NCBI GenBank assembly: GCA_965219995.1
Contig: CBDCOX010000002.1
Span: 1,440,001-1,504,000, forward strand
DNA length: 64,000 bases
From: Candidatus Latescibacterota bacterium
Lineage (GTDB): Bacteria; Latescibacterota; UBA2968; GCA-2709665
Reading direction: 5' to 3'
Of this stretch, positions 10,144 to 19,103 are shown in pieces. Every line of letters starts with the position of its first letter. Within the stretch, counting starts at the first letter, position 1. The notes beneath the pieces were generated by a model that saw only the letters and a program-made list of their open reading frames with translations, was not told the DNA's origin and made no database searches. The position numbers and the translations under genes are program-made.

Positions 10144-11427
10144 CTATAGAAGCTGTTGATGCTGAAGCACGACCTTCCTGAACGCCGCCGCGAACTGATC
10201 GATGAACCCGTCCGCGGCCTGGATATGCCCCGGATAGGACAGCACGCGCCCGCGGATCGCTTCCGAAACCGGGAAATCTCCCTCGCGATAGCGGGGCAGG
10301 GGCATGTTTGCCGGTCCATCGTGACCCGCTCCCCAGAGACCGGGCAGGTCCTTCGTATAGATGGACCTGAGATGTTCCATGTGCCCCACGCCCGGGCCGT
10401 TCAGCGGCGCGCCCTCGGCCCGCATGGCCTCCACGAACCGGGACGCGGGCAACCCGCCCAGCGCCTCCGGTTCGTAGATGAACTTGATCCCGCCGTAGAG
10501 CTCCACGCCCCGGGCTTTCCTGTAGTTGCAGACCGGCCGGATGCCCGGGAGCCCCTCGATTCTTCGGAACAGGGCCTCCCGGTTGGCCTCGAACCGGTCC
10601 AGGCGTTCGGGAAGGTGCTCGAGGGAAACCAGGCCGATTGCCATAGCCAGCGGATGCGGCCGCCATTTCCATCCGAGGAGCTGAGGATCCAATTCGCGGT
10701 AGACCGGATTCGTGAGTTCCTGCACCGCGCCCGGCCGGTGGAGGTGGCAGTAGATCAACGCGCGTTCGTACAGCTCGCGGTCGTTCGTGGCCACGATGCC
10801 AGCCTCGCCGCCCGCGACGGGCTTGCCCCCGGGCGTCGAGCCCTGCATGCTGAAACACGCGATATGCCCCAGGTTTCCGATTTTCACGCCGCCCCACTCG
10901 CTGCCGTGCGCGTGAGCCGCATCCTCAACGACCACGAGGTCATGGGCGTCCGCCAGGTCCAGCAGCCGGTCCATGTCGCACACCCGACCGCAGGAATGGA
11001 TCGGTGATATCACACGGGTCCTGTCCGTGATGCGTCCCGCCGCGTCGTCCGGGTCCATCAGCAGCGTCTCCGGATCGATCTCGCAGAATACCGGTGTGGC
11101 GCCCATATGCAGCGCGCCGGCGTAGCTGCCGATGTAACCGACCGAGGGTGTGATGAATTCATCGCCGGCACCCAGCCCCGCGGCGAAGAATCCGCTGGCC
11201 AGCGCGGTATGCCCGTGGGAGGTCGTCAGCACGTACCTGCAACCGACGTACTCCGCGAAGCGTTCTTCGAATTCTTTCGGAACCCCCGATCCCGACCCGG
11301 AGAGATATCCTTCGTCGATCAGAGCGCAAACCGCTGCTTTCTCCGCTTCAACAGGACGCCGCCATTGCTCTCCGCTCTCGGCCGCAATGGCCTTGTCTCC
11401 ACCAAGAATCGCCAGTTCCCCGGCCAT
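10144..11427 (-). CDS. DegT/DnrJ/EryC1/StrS family aminotransferase
   Basis: GDEFITP, EDAAHAHG, FSMQGSTPGGKPVAGGEAG motifs. Confidence 0.9.
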   Translation of the reverse strand: MAGELAILGGDKAIAAESGEQWRRPVEAEKAAVCALIDEGYLSGSGSGVPKEFEERFAEYVGCRYVLTTSHGHTALASGFFAAGLGAGDEFITPSVGYIGSYAGALHMGATPVFCEIDPETLLMDPDDAAGRITDRTRVISPIHSCGRVCDMDRLLDLADAHDLVVVEDAAHAHGSEWGGVKIGNLGHIACFSMQGSTPGGKPVAGGEAGIVATNDRELYERALIYCHLHRPGAVQELTNPVYRELDPQLLGWKWRPHPLAMAIGLVSLEHLPERLDRFEANREALFRRIEGLPGIRPVCNYRKARGVELYGGIKFIYEPEALGGLPASRFVEAMRAEGAPLNGPGVGHMEHLRSIYTKDLPGLWGAGHDGPANMPLPRYREGDFPVSEAIRGRVLSYPGHIQAADGFIDQFAAAFRKVVLQHQQLL

Positions 11428-11539
11428 CCGAAGTCTCCTCGCTCTCAGATTACGAACCCCGCGCCGAAGCTTGCTTCGGGCGGGGCCCGGTGTCCTGTCT
11501 CAACGGTCACGCTCGACGCCAGTCCTGCACGGCGACACC

Positions 11540-12388
11540 TCACGGCACGACGGCCGCCTCACCAGCGTTTTCACGGATCCAGTGCTTGAGGGGCACGTCC
11601 GCATCGGTCGGCGACGTATACCCCATTCCTCCCGTTGCCGCGCCCAGCAACTGGCGCTGGATGGGGTCGCACCGGTCCATGTAATGGTCAACCGTCATAT
11701 TGTCCCTCGGCCGCAACCAGCGGTAACTGTATCCGTAGAACAACACTTTCCGCGTCACCTCCGAATGATTCCTCCCGGCCGCGTGCCAGAGGCGGCGATC
11801 GAAAAATACCGCCGTGCCCGCCGGCACCCGTACCGGCGTGGCGTCGGGCGGATCCGACGCACCGTCTTCAGGAAAGCTCAGGCGATTCTTCAGATGACTT
11901 CCCGGCACAATGTGGAAATTGCCCCGATCCGGTTCCGTCGTATCGGTCAGGAAATAGCCGACCTTGAGCGAAACCCGCGGCCGGGGCGCGGCGTCCAGTT
12001 CGATGTTCAGGCGCCCGCTGTCCTGGTGCCAGCCCAGGCGCCATTCTCTTGTCCGTTCCTCTACCGGCTCGGGCGGGGTGACAATCAGGTGTGAGTGGTA
12101 GAGCTGAATATTCCAACCCAGGATACCCCAGACCTTCGGAAACGTGACGGGCCAATCCAGCAATGCCATAAACTCATCGTCGGCGCCTACGAAATCCGTC
12201 ATATTCATACGCGCGTGAGGACCCAGGCCGTTCTCGGCAAGATAGTTCTCGTACAACCCATCGACAACCCGGCCCAGCGCGGAGACCCGCTCGGGAGGAA
12301 TTGCAGCTTCAATGATCAGGAAGCCGTCGCGTTCGAACTTCGACTTCTCTTCGCGGGTCAATCCATTCTCAAGACATGCGGCATCCAT
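11540..12388 (-). CDS. phytanoyl-CoA dioxygenase (PhyH) family protein
   Basis: FERDGF, WHQD, PGSH, FDRRLWH motifs. Confidence 0.9.
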   Translation of the reverse strand: MDAACLENGLTREEKSKFERDGFLIIEAAIPPERVSALGRVVDGLYENYLAENGLGPHARMNMTDFVGADDEFMALLDWPVTFPKVWGILGWNIQLYHSHLIVTPPEPVEERTREWRLGWHQDSGRLNIELDAAPRPRVSLKVGYFLTDTTEPDRGNFHIVPGSHLKNRLSFPEDGASDPPDATPVRVPAGTAVFFDRRLWHAAGRNHSEVTRKVLFYGYSYRWLRPRDNMTVDHYMDRCDPIQRQLLGAATGGMGYTSPTDADVPLKHWIRENAGEAAVVP

Positions 12389-12457
12389 CGGTCTCCCTCC
12401 TGGAAGATTCGGATCGCTTCTTTGCCGGTTGATCACATCAACCGTGCCCCGCAGCCG

Positions 12458-13756
12458 TCAGAGCGTGGAACCCAACCCCACGGTTTCAGGGCTGTCAAGT
12501 CGATGCAGCCCGTTCGCGGGCTGGAAAATTCCCGCCAGGCGCGGCAGCCATTCGGCGTTGGCGTCGGGTGTATATTGAGGGGAGTTGATTTCCACGCCGT
12601 TGACCATCGGCACGTGCGACGCGAACAGCGCCGCGTGAATGGCCGATAGCCCGGGATTCGTCAGGTCCTGAAGCGCGAGCCGCATGCCGTTCTCGCGCGC
12701 CCACGCGGCAGCCACCAGCGCGAAACTGTGGCCCTTGCAGGTCTTCAGAGCCAGTCCGCTCCAACCCTGACGTTTCGCTTCCTCGAGCAGACTCAAGCTC
12801 GTGAGACCCTCATCCAGAAACACCGGCTTCAGCCGTGTCACCGCCCGCCAGTCCTGGGGATGCAGCAGGATGTCCCGGCCCGTGGGCTGTTCCAGGTACT
12901 TCAGCGCCCGAAAAGCCCCGCCGTCCACCGCCCTGAGACGCACCAGATAGTCCAGCACGCTCTCCGCGTCCGGATTGGCTTCGTTGCTGTCGACCGTCAG
13001 CGCCGGGTCGGTAACGCCATGCCCGCGCGCGGCCCGGTACACCTCGACGGTCCTGGCCGCGTCGGCGGCATTGTCCCTCCCCATTATTTTCAGTTTGAAA
13101 CAGCGGTAGCCGCGTTTGCTGATGACCCGCTTCAGTTCGGTCTCCAGCTCGTCGGAACTCCCCACGACCCACCAGGCGGGCAACCGGGACCGGGGTGGTT
13201 GAAACAGACGCTGAATCGCCGCGCAGCCGCCGCCGCCGGAAAAGAAACCGTCGACGTCCGGAAACGACGTGTCGCCGGCGTAGAAACCGAACGCGGACAC
13301 GCCGGCCGCAATGCCGACAGCATCGTGGATGGCGGCGTCGAAGGGACTGGCGCACATCGCGCGCGCGAGAATCGGAGGCGATGGTTCACTCGCAACAGCC
13401 TCGTGGAGCCGCATCCCGAGAGCCAGCGGATGCGCGGGCACGCCGCCGCAGCGCGCGTACAGTTCCCCGGCGATACGCTTGCAGAAACCGCGCAGCGCTT
13501 CGTCCCGAAACTCGTGCGTCAACTCAGGGTCCGGCCAGGCCCAGACGTCGCTGAGATAGATGGATCCCCTGCCCCGGGCGTCGCGCCCGGCCACGCGAAC
13601 CGTGACGGCGGCGAGGGCTTCCGTGAGTTCCGTAATCGTTCCGGAACTCAGATGGAGCGGGGTCTTCAGCTTCCTGGGAATGAACGCGACGTCCGCGTCC
13701 ACGATCTCAGTCTTCAAGTCCATACCGGACCGGGAGGCGACGGCGACGTTCTTCAT
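12458..13756 (-). CDS. enolase superfamily (mandelate racemase/MLE-like) protein
   Basis: FDAAIHD, KLK, DSNE, EQP, DEG metal-ligand motifs. Confidence 0.8.
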   Translation of the reverse strand: MKNVAVASRSGMDLKTEIVDADVAFIPRKLKTPLHLSSGTITELTEALAAVTVRVAGRDARGRGSIYLSDVWAWPDPELTHEFRDEALRGFCKRIAGELYARCGGVPAHPLALGMRLHEAVASEPSPPILARAMCASPFDAAIHDAVGIAAGVSAFGFYAGDTSFPDVDGFFSGGGGCAAIQRLFQPPRSRLPAWWVVGSSDELETELKRVISKRGYRCFKLKIMGRDNAADAARTVEVYRAARGHGVTDPALTVDSNEANPDAESVLDYLVRLRAVDGGAFRALKYLEQPTGRDILLHPQDWRAVTRLKPVFLDEGLTSLSLLEEAKRQGWSGLALKTCKGHSFALVAAAWARENGMRLALQDLTNPGLSAIHAALFASHVPMVNGVEINSPQYTPDANAEWLPRLAGIFQPANGLHRLDSPETVGLGSTL

Positions 13757-14745
13757 TCAAATTCCGACACAAGCACTGCCTCGTCCCGCTCCGCACTCTG
13801 CTTGGCCGCTTCGATGACGGCCATCGTATGCCGCACGGACCGTCCGCTGGCATCGGGGGTACCGCCGTTCAGACAGCAGTCGGCGAACTCGCGTATCTGA
13901 TTCCCCATTCCACTGCTCGCGTCGTCGATCACCACTTCCTCTCCGTTGAGCAACAGGCGACCGTGGGTGAACATCATCGATCCCAGGCTGCCCATGATAA
14001 ACTGGTCGTGCTGCCCGGAGTGGCAGACGACCGACTGCGACAGCACGCTCACCGCGCCATTGGCATGGTTCATTACGGCTGTATAGGAGTCCTTCTGTCC
14101 ACGGTAGCGGTCCGTACTCTCAGATCCCTGGGCGAAGACCCTGACAACCGGCGAATCCATGTACCAGTGGAGTATATCATACTCGTGAGGTCCGAAACAA
14201 TACAGTACGCAGATGCCACCGGCTTCCAGATCCAGATACCAATGGGTATCCTTTCCCGGAGCGGGCGCGGGATTGAAGTTGCCCAGCCGGCGCCGGAGCA
14301 GGTGCCCCACCTGGCCGATCACGCCGTCGGCGATGAGCTGCCTGACTTTGCGGCTGACGGGATAGTAGCGCATCACCTGGCCGACCATCAGGACGCGGTC
14401 CGCCTTTTCACACGCCGCGATCATCCGGTCGCATTCGTCGAGCGTGAGCGCCATGGGCTTTTCCACGAGGACGTGTTTGCCGGCTTCAGCGGCGGCAACC
14501 ACCTGCGCGCCGTGCTGGTTATGCGGCGTGCACACGTGGACGGCCTCGACCTCAGGGTCGTTCAGCATGGCATCCAGGTCGGTATAAGACCTCGCGCCGA
14601 ATTCGGCCGCGGCCGCCTCCGCCGGTTCCGTGTAAATGTCCATCACCGCCGCCGTTCTGATGTTTTCTGTTTCCGCGATGGCGCGCATATGCGACCGCGC
14701 GATACCGCCCGCGCCGACCATGCCTACGGATAACACGTCGCCCAT
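13753..14745 (-). CDS. Gfo/Idh/MocA family oxidoreductase
   Basis: GMVGAGGIA Rossmann motif, TPHNQH, GKHVLVEKPMA. Confidence 0.92.
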   Translation of the reverse strand: MGDVLSVGMVGAGGIARSHMRAIAETENIRTAAVMDIYTEPAEAAAAEFGARSYTDLDAMLNDPEVEAVHVCTPHNQHGAQVVAAAEAGKHVLVEKPMALTLDECDRMIAACEKADRVLMVGQVMRYYPVSRKVRQLIADGVIGQVGHLLRRRLGNFNPAPAPGKDTHWYLDLEAGGICVLYCFGPHEYDILHWYMDSPVVRVFAQGSESTDRYRGQKDSYTAVMNHANGAVSVLSQSVVCHSGQHDQFIMGSLGSMMFTHGRLLLNGEEVVIDDASSGMGNQIREFADCCLNGGTPDASGRSVRHTMAVIEAAKQSAERDEAVLVSEFE

Positions 14746-15037
14746 TTCGTATCTCCCCAATCGCTTGAACAGCGTTCTGCGGTTTTCAAAACATACGGAA
14801 GTTCGGCATCCTTGATGACGGGTCGATGACAACCCTCTCGTTCTGACGTCCAAACCTGTGGAGAGTCGTGGATTTACACGACAGATAATTGTCTTTAAAA
14901 AAGTTGAACCTTACAGAATCAACAGAGAGACAACAATCGTAAGATCGGTATGGTCAGCGCGGTGTCATACGGGCTATGGACGCCTTGTTTATCGACAAAA
15001 CGCGGGATCCGGAATATACGTTCCGCTTGCGGGATTT

Positions 15038-15067
15038 TATCCTGTCTATCCTGTCCATCCATGTTAA
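15038..15067. repeat. dispersed intergenic repeat ATCCTGTCCATCCATGT
   Basis: Same motif at 41379-41408 and in reverse orientation at 35640-35667. Confidence 0.7.
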
Positions 15068-15091
15068 TCTTCGGCACATGATCTAATTTGA

Positions 15092-15949
15092 TCAAAGTAC
15101 CATCTTCTTCTCGGCCGGTTCCAGGTTATCGTAATTCCAGAGTTGCCTGCCCGCAACGACCTTTTTCAGGTTGCCGACGCCATTGGGGGCCTCGAGGCCA
15201 TACAGCTGCAACTTTCGGTCCAGCCAGGCCACCTCGAGGTCCGTCAGCTCCGCACGCACGGCGTCCACGCCCAGCGACGCGATCCGCCCGCCCACGTAGA
15301 TCGTCCCGTCGTACATGGAATCTCCGAGATTCTCATCGGCGTCCCCCAGCACGATTATCCGACCGCGCTGCATCATGAATCCGGAGAGCATGCCGGTGCG
15401 TCCGGCCACCAGGATCGTGCCACCCTTCATGTTGATTCCCGTCCGCCCGCCGACGTCTCCCCTGCACACCAGGTCCCCGCCCCGCAGCGCCGCGCCGAAA
15501 GACGATCCGGCGTTCTTCTCCACAACCACGGTACCCGCCATCATATTTTCCGCGCACGACCAGCCCACGCGTCCCCGGATCCTCACGTTCGGCCCGTCGA
15601 TGAGTCCCACGGCGAAATACCCGAGAGACCCTTCGAAGTCCAGCTTCAGCCGGTTCAGAATCCCTGAACCGAGCGAGTGCTTTGCGTTCGGGTTCTGCAC
15701 GACGACGTGGCCGTAACCCCCTTCCATCAACTGCCGGATCTTCCGATTCACGTCCCGGATGGACATCGGCCCCGCGTCGAACGCCGCGCGCCTTTCGAAG
15801 TCCACCCGCAGCGACCCCGGGTACACGAAGTCATCTCCGGCCTCGGCGCGGAAGAATACCCGGTTCGTCCGGTCCGCCAGCGGCTCGTCGTGCAGCCCCA
15901 TCGCGTAGGACCGGTGCGTCTTATCGCCGCCCGCTTCTAATTTCGCCAT
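15092..15949 (-). CDS. GXGXG-domain protein (glutamate synthase C-terminal domain; MgsB-like), copy 2, with N-terminal extension
   Basis: Repeated GxxG beta-helix motifs; GFMMQRG, GDSMYDG, LWNYD. Confidence 0.85.
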   Translation of the reverse strand: MAKLEAGGDKTHRSYAMGLHDEPLADRTNRVFFRAEAGDDFVYPGSLRVDFERRAAFDAGPMSIRDVNRKIRQLMEGGYGHVVVQNPNAKHSLGSGILNRLKLDFEGSLGYFAVGLIDGPNVRIRGRVGWSCAENMMAGTVVVEKNAGSSFGAALRGGDLVCRGDVGGRTGINMKGGTILVAGRTGMLSGFMMQRGRIIVLGDADENLGDSMYDGTIYVGGRIASLGVDAVRAELTDLEVAWLDRKLQLYGLEAPNGVGNLKKVVAGRQLWNYDNLEPAEKKMVL

Positions 15950-16872
15950 ACCCGAACTTCTCCCGCGTAGGGGTCCACGGTCTCGATTTCCTGGGGCAGG
16001 ACCGTCCGGATCGCGACTTCCTCGGAGGCGAGCAGGGTTTCCCTCTCGCCTTCGTAGAGCACCATCGGCTTGGCCGCCATGGTGTCTTTGGCCATGCCCA
16101 AGCTGTCGGTTGTCGCGACCAGATACGTAAACACACCGTCCAGATCCTGTACGGACCGCACCATCGCATCCTCCAGCGAAACCGAGCGATTGAGACTGTC
16201 TGCAATATACACCGCGATCAGTTCAGAATCGCAGTCCGATACAAAGCGGTGTCCGCGACGCTCGAGGTCGCGGCGCATGGACCAGTAATTGGTCAACTGG
16301 CCGTTATGTACGACCGCGATGTCTCCGAACGGATACGCCCAGTAGGGGTGCGCGGAACGGATGTCCACGTCGGACTCGGTGGCCATGCGGACGTGTCCGA
16401 TGGCGTGGGTGCCCACGAAAGAGCCCATCCCGTACTGCCCGCATACCTCGTTGGCGTCGCCGAGGTCCTTGACGAGTTCCAGCGCGCTGCCGATCGACAG
16501 GATTTCCACGCCCTCCACGTCTTCGATGAAATCCGCGAAACGGCGCAGGTCCCCGTCGAATCTGACGCGGTACAGGAACGCGTACTCCGTGGGCTGCTCG
16601 GCCTTGAGGATCTCGCCCCCGAGCGACCCGATCCGCTCATCCACCTCCGCCCTGCGCCGCGCGATCCGGTCCTGGATTTCGAACCCGGACCCCAGGTCTT
16701 CCTTCTCGGCCGCCTTGAAGCGCATCGCCAGCACGCCGGCGGCCGGCTCGCCGTACACCGCAAACCCCGTGGAGTCCGGACCCCGGTGCTTCATCGCCTG
16801 AAGCATCATGGTCATCTCGTTCCCGATGCGGCCTGTCTTGTTCCGGTGGATAATCCCCGCGATCCCGCACAT
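15937..16872 (-). CDS. class II glutamine amidotransferase (MgsA-like), copy 2
   Basis: N-terminal MCGIAG, HRGPDS, GHVRMATES, HNG, DSE motifs. Confidence 0.88.
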   Translation of the reverse strand: MCGIAGIIHRNKTGRIGNEMTMMLQAMKHRGPDSTGFAVYGEPAAGVLAMRFKAAEKEDLGSGFEIQDRIARRRAEVDERIGSLGGEILKAEQPTEYAFLYRVRFDGDLRRFADFIEDVEGVEILSIGSALELVKDLGDANEVCGQYGMGSFVGTHAIGHVRMATESDVDIRSAHPYWAYPFGDIAVVHNGQLTNYWSMRRDLERRGHRFVSDCDSELIAVYIADSLNRSVSLEDAMVRSVQDLDGVFTYLVATTDSLGMAKDTMAAKPMVLYEGERETLLASEEVAIRTVLPQEIETVDPYAGEVRVWRN

Positions 16873-16894
16873 ATTCACCTCGCTCCTGCCACAC

Positions 16895-18376
16895 CTATGG
16901 CAGACAATCCCAGTAGGTCTCCAGGTCCCAGTCGCTCACCGTTGCAAGAAACCGCTCCCACTCGTCGCGCTTGTAATGCATGTACACGTCGTACATCTCG
17001 CCCGGAAGCGAAGACCGGATCACCTCGTCCCGCGCCAGTTCGTCCAGCGCATCGCCGAGCGTGGTGGGCAGCTTTGTGACCTCTTTCCCCTCTTCAATCG
17101 CCTCGTAGATATTGCGGTGCTCCGGTTCGCCGGGATCGATGTCCCGCCGGATTCCGTCGTCGAACGCTTTCAGCAGCGCGCCCGCCATCAGGTAGGGGTT
17201 CACCATCGCGTCCACGGCCCGGTATTCAAACCGCCCCGGTCCGGACACCCGGAGCCCGCACGTACGGTTCTGGTACCCCCAGTCGGAATAGACAGGCGCC
17301 CAGAATCCCGTCTCCCAAAGTCGCCGGTAGGAGTTCACGGTGGAACACCCGATGGCCGTCAGCGCGGGCAGGTGTTCGATCACGCCGCCGATGCACTGCA
17401 GTCCGGTGGGCGCCGGCTCCCGTCTGCCCGGGAGGGGCATGAACAGATTCGCTCCGCCCTCCCGGTGCGTGAAGACGTCATCCATTCCCGGCAGTGATTC
17501 GTTTCCGAGCGGCTTCAGGACGTCCTCTCCACCGCGCCACAGAGAAAGATTGTGGTGGCACCCCGACGCCGAGACGCCCATGAAGGGCTTGCACATGAAA
17601 CACGCGATCAGGTCGTGCTCCCGGGCGACCTGCGCGCAGATCTGGCGGTACGTCGTGAGCCGGTCGCAGGTGGCCAGCGCATCGTCGAACGTAAAGTTCA
17701 GCTCCAGTTGTCCGGGCGCGTCTTCGTGGTCTCCCTGAATCATATCCAGTCCCATCGCACGGCCGTATTCGATCACTTTCATGACCACCGGCCGGAGGGA
17801 CTCGAACTGATCGATGTGGTAGCAGTAGGGTTTGCTGAAACCGTCCGCGGGTTTGCCGTCGGGTCCCTTCTGCAGCCACATCATCTCCGGTTCGGCGCCG
17901 TGGCGCATTTGCATTCCGTCGTGGTCCTGCGCGAATTGCGCGTGGATGCGCCGGAGGTTGCCCCTGCAGTCCGCGGTAAGACAGCCGCCGGGATTTTCCA
18001 ACTCGTCCCGGTTGCGGAAGAGCGTACAGAAGACCCGCGCCAGCCGCTTGTCCCACGGCAACTGCACGAAGGTCTCCGGATCCGGAATCCCGACGAGTTC
18101 CGACGCCTCGGGACCGTACCCGATATAGTTGTCGTACCGGTCCATGAACAGGTTGGCCGTTGCGCCGTACACCAGCTGGAACCCGCGTTCGGCGGTCCGC
18201 TCCCAGTGGTCCGCCGGAATGCCTTTGCCCACCACCCGGCCCGTCACTGAAACAAACTGGTAGTAGATATAGGTGATGCCAAGCGCGTCGATCTTTTCGC
18301 GTACCTCATCCACCCGCTCGGCCCGACCGTCTGCCCCCACATAGGCTTCAAGATCCGATGTGGCCTGATTCGACAT
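16895..18376 (-). CDS. glutamine synthetase family ligase, probable gamma-glutamylmethylamide synthetase-like
   Basis: GAEPE, DHEDAPGQLE, KPF...SGCHHNLS, NRT, EYR motifs; lies within Mgs/Mgd-like cluster. Confidence 0.85.
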   Translation of the reverse strand: MSNQATSDLEAYVGADGRAERVDEVREKIDALGITYIYYQFVSVTGRVVGKGIPADHWERTAERGFQLVYGATANLFMDRYDNYIGYGPEASELVGIPDPETFVQLPWDKRLARVFCTLFRNRDELENPGGCLTADCRGNLRRIHAQFAQDHDGMQMRHGAEPEMMWLQKGPDGKPADGFSKPYCYHIDQFESLRPVVMKVIEYGRAMGLDMIQGDHEDAPGQLELNFTFDDALATCDRLTTYRQICAQVAREHDLIACFMCKPFMGVSASGCHHNLSLWRGGEDVLKPLGNESLPGMDDVFTHREGGANLFMPLPGRREPAPTGLQCIGGVIEHLPALTAIGCSTVNSYRRLWETGFWAPVYSDWGYQNRTCGLRVSGPGRFEYRAVDAMVNPYLMAGALLKAFDDGIRRDIDPGEPEHRNIYEAIEEGKEVTKLPTTLGDALDELARDEVIRSSLPGEMYDVYMHYKRDEWERFLATVSDWDLETYWDCLP

Positions 18377-18422
18377 AGACGACCCTTTCTCTTTCAAATA
18401 GGCGTTTCCTGTCCGCGGATTC

Positions 18423-19103
18423 CTACCGGGACTCGAGGGCGCGGATCGCGCCCAGGCCGACCGGTGCGATCTGCAAATCGGCGCCGGCCTCCATGAGGGT
18501 CTCCCAAAGATACACAGCCAGCGACCTCGCCCCGAGGACCGAATAGGCCCGTAAATCGTCAATGTCGCGACGAATGACCAGTTGCGTGGTCCTGGCGACG
18601 CTGGTCTGCTTCGCGGCGCCGTCGGGAAACGCGCCGTCCGCGAAGTCCAGACCGCACGCCCGGCTCATCAGCGTCGAAGCGGACGTCCCCAGCACCCGGA
18701 TTTCGGACCAGGCATGGGTCAGATTCGTTACCGTAACGAACCTGGCGGACGCCCGCTCCATCAGTCTTCTGCGAACCGCGATGTCCCGACCGGGGGACGT
18801 GCTTACGAAGAAACAGTCGTCACGAAGGCGGTATACGCGTTCGGAATCCACCGGCACCCGGCTTCCGATTGCCACCGGCTGTGATCCCCAGACCGATCCC
18901 GCTTCCTCTCCCTCGACCATGATCTTGCCGTTGGCCGTCTCATCCGCAAGCGCCACGCCCCGCCTGGCCGCGGACGTTTCCGCTTCCGGCGTGGAGTACG
19001 CCTCCGGAATCCGCCAACCGGATGATTCCGTGAATTGCGCCCCGAGGTCCCGCGCCGTTTCGTGAAGCGGCGACAATTTCACCGGCGCCGACGATCGGTT
19101 CAC
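18423..19103 (-). CDS. soxG: heterotetrameric sarcosine oxidase / N-methylglutamate dehydrogenase gamma subunit
   Basis: GcvT-like fragment (SPLH, CGLDF, RSLAVYLW); GTGA overlap with the alpha subunit stop. Confidence 0.75.
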   Translation of the reverse strand: MNRSSAPVKLSPLHETARDLGAQFTESSGWRIPEAYSTPEAETSAARRGVALADETANGKIMVEGEEAGSVWGSQPVAIGSRVPVDSERVYRLRDDCFFVSTSPGRDIAVRRRLMERASARFVTVTNLTHAWSEIRVLGTSASTLMSRACGLDFADGAFPDGAAKQTSVARTTQLVIRRDIDDLRAYSVLGARSLAVYLWETLMEAGADLQIAPVGLGAIRALESR

